From Auanema rhodensis (Eukaryota > Animalia > Nematoda): DNA of 64,000 bases. This document shows positions 15,105 to 24,000 of the stretch, in pieces. Position numbers and translations under genes: made by a program. Location: positions 10,168,001 to 10,232,000 of the forward strand of contig OZ059900.1 of assembly GCA_964057225.1 (NCBI GenBank). Direction: 5' to 3'. The notes beneath the pieces are model-generated. The model worked only from the letters and a program-made list of their open reading frames with translations. It had not been told where the DNA came from and did not search any database. The number at the start of each line of letters is the position of its first letter. Positions within the stretch are counted from its first letter, which is position 1.

Positions 15105-15165
15105 CAAACAAACATGATGCACTATCTACTTCCACGTTCACAATTATAAACGCAAAACTTTAACT
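15105..15165 (+). repeat. Orphan copy of the 5S upstream flank (matches ~16976-17040) with no 5S gene after it
   Basis: caaacaaacatgatgcact.tctacttccacgttcacaat.ataa.cgcaaaact shared. Confidence 0.85.
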
Positions 15166-15901
15166 TTTAACAAATAACAGTAATTAGAACTTGAAGAATT
15201 AGGCGGGAATAAAGTTGATTTTAAGTTGTTTAAAATGATTATATAAGATATTATATTGACTTATTTTATTAATATTAATTTGACTGTTTTTTAGTTGTTT
15301 TTCATTTTCTATTTCTTCTCGTTGCAGGTATTTGTGAATATGCTGCGATTTATTTCTTTATTTTTGAATTAGAACTTGTTTAAGATTATGATGACTGCAA
15401 GACTTTTCACAATTTTTCCAATTTGTGATGTTATAAAGAAAATAAAAATTTTATAAATGGTTAAAGCTTTTATATGTTTCACATACCATTTCAAACTTCA
15501 AATGTTTCTTTTTATCTATATATTCATATGGAACTATATATTAAAAATATATTTGTATATAAGTTGATGAAGGGGGGAAGAGCACCACTACTGACATGAG
15601 TTCATGAAGATCACAGGTACTCGAAAAAAAATTCTGAAAAAAATTTTTTTTTGTGATTTTATATAAAAACTTTATATTTCTCATTATTATTATTATTATT
15701 ATTATTTATATATATTTAATAATTTAAAGATAGAAAAAACAAAAAATAAACCAATTGACCAAATCTTACCCCTCACGTAAGTCATTAATGACCGGTACAC
15801 CGAAAATAGTCAAATCTGACACTTGTGGTCAAAAGAGCGAGTGCACTCGTATGAAGTACGATACATAATCTCAATGTTTATGTTTCTGACGACGTTGCAG
15901 T

Positions 15902-16086
15902 ATCGCTTCTCGGCCTTTTGGCTAAGATCAAAGTGTAGTAATCGTTCTTATCGAATTAACCTTCGATATGTGTTCCATTGGTTCACAATAAGGTTAACCG
16001 ATTTTTGAGACCTGAGGTAGATGCTGGCTTGCTAGCTCCATCTCACGGGTCGACCCGCTCTTGCACTGCTGGCGGGAACGGCCCAT
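15902..16086 (+). ncRNA. U2: U2 snRNA (full length, variant) heading the left array
   Basis: ATCGCTTCTCGGCCTTTTGGCTAAGATCAAAGTGTAGTA 5' end with GUAGUA branch-point pairing sequence, Sm site ATTTTTG, stem IV loop TTGCACT. Confidence 0.93.
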
Positions 16087-16922
16087 CCCCTTTGGGGGAG
16101 AATAATCGTTCTTATCGAATTAACCTTCGATATGTGTTCCATTGGTTCACAATAAGGTTAACCGATTTTTGAGACCTGAGGTAGATGCTGGCTTGCTAGC
16201 TCCATCTCACGGGTCGACCCGCTCTTGCACTGCTGGCGGGAACGGCCCATCCCCTTTGGGGGAGAATAATCGTTCTTATCGAATTAACCTTCGATATGTG
16301 TTCCATTGGTTCACAATAAGGTTAACCGATTTTTGAGACCTGAGGTAGATGCTGGCTTGCTAGCTCCATCTCACGGGTCGACCCGCTCTTGCACTGCTGG
16401 CGGGAACGGCCCATCCCCTTTGGGGGAGAATAATCGTCCTTATCGAATTAACCTTCGATATGTGTTCCATTGGTTCACAATAAGGTTAACCGATTTTTGA
16501 GACCTGAGGTAGATGCTGGCTTGCTAGCTCCATCTCACGGGTCGACCCGCTCTTGCACTGCTGGCGGGAACGGCCCATCCCCTTTGGGGGAGAATAATCG
16601 TCCTTATCGAATTAACCTTCGATATGTGTTCCATTGGTTCACAATAAGGTTAACCGATTTTTGAGACCTGAGGTAGATGCTGGCTTGCTAGCTCCATCTC
16701 ACGGGTCGACCCGCTCTTGCACTGCTGGCGGGAACGGCCCATCCCCTTTGGGGGAGAATAATCGTTCTTATCGAATTAACCTTCGATATGTGTTCCATTG
16801 GTTCACACTAAGGTTAACCGATTTTTGAGACCTGAGGTAGATGCTGGCTTGCTAGCTCCATCTCACGGGTCGACCCGCTCTTGCACTGCTGTCGGGAACG
16901 GCCCATCCTCTTTGGGGGACAA
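15939..16922 (+). repeat. Tandem array, 6 x 164 bp, unit = U2 from ~nt 38 to just past the 3' end
   Basis: Exact 164-bp periodicity (ORF starts 15978, 16142, 16306, 16470, 16634, 16798); every unit has the Sm site and stems III/IV; only the first has the 5' head. Confidence 0.97.
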
Positions 16923-17043
16923 TAATCACTCTCATCGAAGTACCTTCAAAACGCGATGGTTAATGTTAATATCAGCAAACAAACATGATGCACTTTCTAC
17001 TTCCACGTTCACAATCATAACCGCAAAACTAAACTTTACTTTC

Positions 17044-17071
17044 GCTTACGACCATACCACGTTGAAAGTAC
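17044..17071 (+). pseudogene. 5S: Truncated 5S rRNA (first 28 nt only)
   Basis: GCTTACGACCATACCACGTTGAAAGTAC then jumps to sequence mirroring 21025; 184 bp missing relative to the right arm. Confidence 0.9.
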
Positions 17072-17754
17072 ATTAATTCAAATGCCTTTGGCATATTATT
17101 GATTCATTATGATGCAAACATAAAACATTTCAGGAAGCTGAAAACACTTTTGGCACAGCAACAGTGAGTTTTCTTTTTTTCGTTGTAATCATCTGTTTTC
17201 AGTCGAACATTGTTTCAACGGTTCTAGCGATTCAGAATAGACATCTAAATTATTGCTGAAATTGATTTTTCTTTCTTATTTTCACAAATTGTCTTGTTTT
17301 TCAATAAATGTTTCATGTTATCTTTCATAGTTTTGTTCATTTTTACAAACAAAACATGTAGAAGGCTATCCAAACACCGTTTATTCGTTTTGTAGTTTTG
17401 GTCTAACTATTCGAAAGAAGTTTGGTTTTTCAATTCTTCAACCCTACACAACAATCTGCCAAGTCAGGGATATCTTCAAAATGAACAAGTAATCTGCCCC
17501 CATGTGGCATACGGTGCACAACTATGTGAGGTCAACCTAATCGTTTAAGCAGAAAAATCAATTATAACGGGCCTCTCAAGACCCTATTATTCTAATTTTG
17601 AATCCTCACTATCTATTTAGTGAGGAAAATAAAAAGAATCTGATTCAGATAAGTGATTCATTCCAACATGAATCTCAATAAAGAAACCGTATTCTCTTTA
17701 GTTCCTTATTGATTTTTGCTCTGTCATATATTGTATTTTAACATGTAATAGTAT

Positions 17755-17823
17755 AACATCTTGGTGTAATGGTTGTATTCCAGGTTAGTTGATAAACTCT
17801 CCTTGGATCATATCCTCTCCAGG
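17755..17823 (+). pseudogene. Possible degenerate tRNA-like (Pol III type 2) relic; mirrored in the right arm
   Basis: A-box-like TGGTGTAATGGT and B-box-like GGATCATATCC; no clean cloverleaf. Confidence 0.25.
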
Positions 17824-18019
17824 TAAGTTACAAAAATAAAAATATTCACAACTCTCTCTCTCTCTCTCTCCATCTCTCTCTATCTATCTCTCCCTCAAAA
17901 CCACACTCAATTGCAATATGTCCTTCCTACTTCATCATGCATTCCCTCTATATATAATGAATGCCTTATATCAGCTTCACAGTCCTTAATTCTGGTGTAT
18001 ACAACGATTTCCTCCATTT

Positions 18020-20070
18020 TGCGGTTAATTATCGTACTTATCACCTGATTTATGAGAATTAAACAATATTAATATGAACATAGTGGTCTAGTGGTCCGAG
18101 TATTGGACTGCACTCTACATGGGCAAGTACAATCCCTTTCTGCGTTTTTTAAGAAAATCGATAGCATGTCGAGAATCCAAAAAACGCTCGGATGGATTTT
18201 GAACAAGAAAAAGTGATCATTTTGGTATTTGAAAGCTGATATCTCTGTACAAACTCAATATTTTTAAATTTTAATTGAGTCTTTCTGTAGTTCTGAATCA
18301 CTGCTTCTCGCTCACAAAGATTTCAACTACTTTCTCTTTTGGTTTGAAAGTTATAGCTTCATGAATATGAGATATGAAGCCTAAAGTTAGACTTTGAACA
18401 GCTCTATCTCCTTAACCATGAAGATTTTCAACAATTTTCGATCGGATTCACAATCTACGTACTGAGATCTATCGAATGAACTGTCTATATTGAAGTTTGA
18501 AGCACTTTGAAATTTTGAAAATTATTGAAATTAGCCATTTTCAGATTTGAGAATTAAAAATGTTGCGTTTTCTAACTTTTAATTAGCTTATACGATAGAG
18601 TTGAACATGCTGATTTCAAATTTGAAAATCTCGATTTTCAATTTTCACTTCTGAAGGAGTTATGAGACTTTAAAGTTGTTGACGTTGAGTATTCAGAAGG
18701 ATATATCTCCGTTCGGACGAATTTTCAGAAACTCGCAATTATCAGAATCTACTTCTACGAGTTTGATTCACCTATGTGATGAATTTCAAAGCATTTCCTT
18801 AAAATTTTCAGTTTTTGAAGAAATCATCCTATTCCATGTACTCCCCCCTTACCTACTTTTCGACCGAAAACATCCGTCACCCTAGAAATATTTTGAAAAT
18901 TTCTATTTTTTTTGTTAATTATATGATATCAACTATAACGAATTAAAGTTTTAGAGACGAAACAACGTAAATATTGCTCTTCTTAAACTTGGAATCTTAG
19001 TTTCTCATTATATTCTCCTTTGTGATACCTTTGGACATCAAAACGAGATTGACAATACATTGGAAGATGAAACAAGAATAATCTTAGAATATATATCTGA
19101 GTTCATATCACATAGTTAACTATGACATATGAATAACGTCAAATACTACAATTATCTAAAACTCTTCTGAACCTATAAAAGTAAAAAAACTTCAGAGTAG
19201 ACGGTTTATCGATCGATTTTAGGTCGAAAAGTAGGTAAGGGGGGAGTACATGGAATGGGATGATTTCTTCAAAAACTAAAAATTTTAAGGAAATGCTTTG
19301 AAATTCATCACATAGGTAAATCAAACTCGTAGAAGTAGATTCTGATAATTGCGAGTTTCTGAAAATTCGTCCGAACGGAGATATATCCTTCTGAATACTC
19401 AACGTCAACAACTTTAAAGTCTCATAACTCCTTCAGAAGTGAAAATTGAAAATCGGGATTTTCAAATTTGAAATCAGCATGTTCAACTCCATCGTATAAG
19501 CTAGTTAAAAGTTAGAAAACGCAATATTTTTATTTCTCAAATCTGAAAATGGCTAATTTCAATAATTTTCAAAATTTCAAAGTGCTCCAAACTTCAATAT
19601 AGACTGTTCATTCGATAGATCTCAGTACGTAGATTGTGAATCCGATCGAAAATTGTTGAAAATCTTCATGGTTAAGGAGATAGAGCTGTTCAAAGTCTAA
19701 CTTTAGGCTTCATGTCTCATATTCATGAAGCTATAACTTTCAAAACAAAAGAGAAAGTATTTGAAATTTCTGTGAGCGAGAAGCAGTGATTCAGAACTAC
19801 AGAAAGACTCAATTAAAATTCAAAAATATTGAGTTTGAACAGAGATATCAGCTTTCAAATACCAAAATTAACACTTTTTCTTATTTAAAATCCATCCGAG
19901 CGTTTTTTGGATTCTCGACATGCTATCGATTTTCTTAAAAAACGCAGAAAGGGATTGTACTTGCCCGTGTAGAATGCAGTCCAATGCTCAGACCACTAGA
20001 CCACTATGTTCATATTAATATTGTTTAATTCTCATCAATCAGGTGATAAGTACGATAATTAACCACAAAA
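18020..20070. mobile_element. Older foldback/MITE-like element at the palindrome centre (~850-bp inverted arms, ~3% diverged)
   Basis: About 28 mismatches by eye between the inner arms, versus 2 substitutions in the adjacent ~950 bp. Non-coding and rich in short palindromic motifs (tttcaaatttgaaa, aaagttatagc, gagatctatcgaatga). Boundaries approximate. Confidence 0.55.
18078..18150 (+). pseudogene. tRNA-derived relic (tRNA-Cys-like); mirror copy at ~19937-20010 (-)
   Basis: A box TGGTCTAGTGG, GAG(C/T)ATTGGACTGCA resembling the tRNA-Cys D/anticodon arm, degenerate B box GTACAATCC, then T6. Confidence 0.4.
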
Positions 20071-20212
20071 TGGAGGAAATCGTTGTATACACCAGAATTA
20101 AGGACTGTGAAGCTGATATAAGGCATTCATTATATATAGAGGGAATGCATGATGAAGTAGGAAGGACATATTGCAATTGAGTGTGGTTTTGAGGGAGAGA
20201 TAGATAGAGAGA

Positions 20213-20247
<35 letters not shown>

Positions 20248-21118
20248 GTGAATATTTTTATTTTTGTAACTTACCTGGAGAGGATATGATCCAAGGAGAG
20301 TTTATCAACTAACCTGGAATACAACCATTACACCAAGATGTTATACTATTACATGTTAAAATACAATATATGACAGAGCAAAAATCAATAAGGAACTAAA
20401 GAGAATACGGTTTCTTTATTGAGATTCATGTTGGAATGAATCACTTATCTGAATCAGATTCTTTTTATTTTCCTCACTAAATAGATAGTGAGGATTCAAA
20501 ATTAGAATAATAGGGTCTTGAGAGGCCCGTTATAATTGATTTTTCTGTTCAAACGATTAGGTTGACCTCACATAGTTGTGCACCGTATGCCACATGGGGG
20601 CAGATTACTTGTTCATTTTGAAGATATCCCTGACTTGGCAGATTGTTGTGTAGGGTTGAAGAATTGAAAAACCAAACTTCTTTCGAATAGTTAGACCAAA
20701 ACTACAAAACGAATAAACGGTGTTTGGATAGCCTTCTACATGTTTTGTTTGTAAAAATGAACAAAACTATGAAAGATAACATGAAACATTTATTGAAAAA
20801 CAAGACAATTTGTGAAAATAAGAAAGAAAAATCAATTTCAGCAATAATTTAGATGTCTATTCTGAATCGCTAGAACCGTTGAAACAATGTTCGACTGAAA
20901 ACAGATGATTACAACGAAAAAAAGAAAACTCACTGTTGCTGTGCCAAAAGTGTTTTCAGCTTCCTGAAATGTTTTATGTTTGCATCATAATGAATCAATA
21001 ATATGCCAAAGGCATTTGAATTAATGACAGTGATAATTAAAAAATCCGCGTATCAATGGAGCGCATATCTGATTATCAATAATTATTTTCTGAAACTTTT
21101 TTTTCTGAAAATAGAAAA

Positions 21119-21237
21119 AGCTTACGGCACCCGGGATTCCCAAGCCGTCTCCGATCCAAGTACTAACCGGGCCCAACGTTGCTTGACTTGCCAGATCGGA
21201 CGGGATGGCGTACTTTCAACGTGGTATGGTCGTAAGC
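21119..21237 (-). rRNA. 5S: 5S rRNA gene, intact, 119 nt
   Basis: Reverse complement GCTTACGACCATACCACGTTGAAAGTACGCCATCCCGTCCGATCTGGCAAGTCAAGCAACGTTGGGCCCGGTTAGTACTTGGATCGGAGACGGCTTGGGAATCCCGGGTGCCGTAAGCT, followed by an oligo-T Pol III terminator. Confidence 0.97.
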
Positions 21238-21358
21238 GAAAGTAAAGTTTAGTTTTGCGGTTATGATTGTGAACGTGGAAGTAGAAAGTGCATCATGTTT
21301 GTTTGCTGATATTAACATTAACCATCGCGTTTTGAAGGTACTTCGATGAGAGTGATTA

Positions 21359-22506
21359 TTGTCCCCCAAAGAGGATGGGCCGTTCCCGACAGCAGTGCAA
21401 GAGCGGGTCGACCCGTGAGATGGAGCTAGCAAGCCAGCATCTACCTCAGGTCTCAAAAATCGGTTAACCTTATTGTGAACCAATGGAACACATATCGAAG
21501 GTTAATTCGATAAGAACGATTATTCTCCCCCAAAGGGGATGGGCCGTTCCCGCCAGCAGTGCAAGAGCGGGTCGACCCGTGAGATGGAGCTAGCAAGCCA
21601 GCATCTACCTCAGGTCTCAAAAATCGGTTAACCTTATTGTGAACCAATGGAACACATATCGAAGGTTAATTCGATAAGAACGATTATTCTCCCCCAAAGG
21701 GGATGGGCCGTTCCCGCCAGCAGTGCAAGAGCGGGTCGACCCGTGAGATGGAGCTAGCAAGCCAGCATCTACCTCAGGTCTCAAAAATCGGTTAACCTTA
21801 TTGTGAACCAATGGAACACATATCGAAGGTTAATTCGATAAGAACGATTATTCTCCCCCAAAGGGGATGGGCCGTTCCCGCCAGCAGTGCAAGAGCGGGT
21901 CGACCCGTGAGATGGAGCTAGCAAGCCAGCATCTACCTCAGGTCTCAAAAATCGGTTAACCTTATTGTGAACCAATGGAACACATATCGAAGGTTAATTC
22001 GATAAGAACGATTATTCTCCCCCAAAGGGGATGGGCCGTTCCCGCCAGCAGTGCAAGAGCGGGTCGACCCGTGAGATGGAGCTAGCAAGCCAGCATCTAC
22101 CTCAGGTCTCAAAAATCGGTTAACCTTATTGTGAACCAATGGAACACATATCGAAGGTTAATTCGATAAGAACGATTATTCTCCCCCAAAGGGGATGGGC
22201 CGTTCCCGCCAGCAGTGCAAGAGCGGGTCGACCCGTGAGATGGAGCTAGCAAGCCAGCATCTACCTCAGGTCTCAAAAATCGGTTAACCTTATTGTGAAC
22301 CAATGGAACACATATCGAAGGTTAATTCGATAAGAACGATTATTCTCCCCCAAAGGGGATGGGCCGTTCCCGCCAGCAGTGCAAGAGCGGGTCGACCCGT
22401 GAGATGGAGCTAGCAAGCCAGCATCTACCTCAGGTCTCAAAAATCGGTTAACCTTATTGTGAACCAATGGAACACATATCGAAGGTTAATTCGATAAGAA
22501 CGATTA
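21359..22506 (-). repeat. Tandem array, 7 x 164 bp U2 3'-domain units
   Basis: Mirror of the left array with one extra unit (seven MVHNK.. ORF starts, 164 bp apart). Confidence 0.97.
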
Positions 22507-22543
22507 CTACACTTTGATCTTAGCCAAAAGGCCGAGAAGCGAT
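22359..22543 (-). ncRNA. U2: U2 snRNA (full length, variant) heading the right array
   Basis: Reverse complement of 15902-16086. Confidence 0.93.
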
Positions 22544-24000
22544 ACTTCAACGTCGTCAGAAACATAAACATTGAGATTATGTATCGTACTTCATACGAGT
22601 GCACTCGCTCTTTTGACCACAAGTGTCAGATTTGACTATTTTCGGTGTACCGGTCATTAATGACTTACGTGAGGGGTAAGATTTGGTCAATTGGTTTATT
22701 TTTTGTTTTTTCTATCTTTAAATTATTAAATATATATAAATAATAATAATAATAATAATAATGAGAAATATAAAGTTTTTATATAAAATCACAAAAAAAA
22801 ATTTTTTTCAGAATTTTTTTTCGAGTACCTGTGATCTTCATGAACTCATGTCAGTAGTGGTGCTCTTCCCCCCTTCATCAACTTATATACAAATATATTT
22901 TTAATATATAGTTCCATATGAATATATAGATAAAAAGAAACATTTGAAGGGAAATATTTAAAAAAAAATATAATATACCGTACACCACAACTCTCTAAAA
23001 TACATTTTCAGGAAAACGCCCAAATTTCTCATTTCAAATGAACTATAATGGTATGTGAAACATATAAAAGCTTTAACCATTTATAAAATTTTTATTTTCT
23101 TTATAACATCACAAATTGGAAAAATTATAAAAAGTCTTGCAGTCATCATAATCTTAAACAAGTTCTAATTCAAAAATAAAGAAACAAATCGCAGCATATT
23201 CACAAATACCTGCAACGAGAAGAAATAGAAAATGAAAAACAACTAAAAAACAGTCAAATTAATATTAATAAAATAAGTCAATATAATATCTTATATAATC
23301 ATTTTAAACAACTTAAAATCAACTTTATTCCCGCCTAATTCTTTATTTACTCACAGTTACTTATTTACATGCGCCACTTCTATGTTACCGTATCTCAAAA
23401 TTCTTGTTTTATCTCTCACACACCCTTATCAGCTGAAACTTTTTTCTTTTTCATTTAATTTTCATTACTGTATCTTTTTTGATCTAGTTCTAGAAAAAGC
23501 AGGAGAATCTATGGAAAGGCTAGTTAATGAGATAGAAATCATAGTAGATGTGCTCTCATTGTACAGACAATCATAGATCTGAACCATGACATGAGGCGCC
23601 GAATCACACAGAGAAACATGTGTGTAAATCAATGTAAATCACACATACAGGTTTGCATCAAAGCTTTGAGAGGAAAAGGAGTGGTTTGATTCTTTTTGAA
23701 CTCGGATTATATGAATTAAAATTAATTTATTTATTGTTATAGTTTCATTGTACAGTTATAAACAACAAACAAACTTTATTAAAAATTCCATTCAACACAA
23801 ACAATCATTTGAAAAATTTCAAAAAACCTATAACATGTAACAATAACAAATAGTATAACAAGATTAGAGAAGAAAACTTGATGAAACACTAGAGAAAAGA
23901 CGTCTATAAATAGAAAACCGTCTGACTTAAACATTTTCTTTTTATCAGAATTTCCCTAGAATTTCAACTTGCTCTTATCTTTGTAATACAATATTTTTTC

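Larger units (their letters stand above)
15194..23343. repeat. Large palindrome: left arm 15194-18870, right arm 19217-23343, ~346-bp spacer
   Basis: Arms are reverse complements throughout, with mirrored ORFs in the track. They differ by one 164-bp unit, a 184-bp deletion (left), a ~97-bp indel (22950-23046) and scattered SNPs. Confidence 0.97.

Noticed and set aside
15939-16922. CRISPR-like array
   Set aside because: Units are wholly repeated with no unique spacers, there are no cas genes, and the context is eukaryotic
18676-19411. Mirrored ORFs MLTLSIQKDISPFG.. as a transposase
   Set aside because: Short, no DDE or other motif; simply the two arms of the inverted repeat
21003-21483. 80-aa and 106-aa ORFs
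   Set aside because: They overlap the 5S rRNA gene and a U2 unit; shadow ORFs
15823-22622. Repeated 64-aa ORFs (MVHNKVNRFLRPEVDAG..)
   Set aside because: Incidental translations of U2 snRNA repeats, opened at non-ATG starts; not proteins
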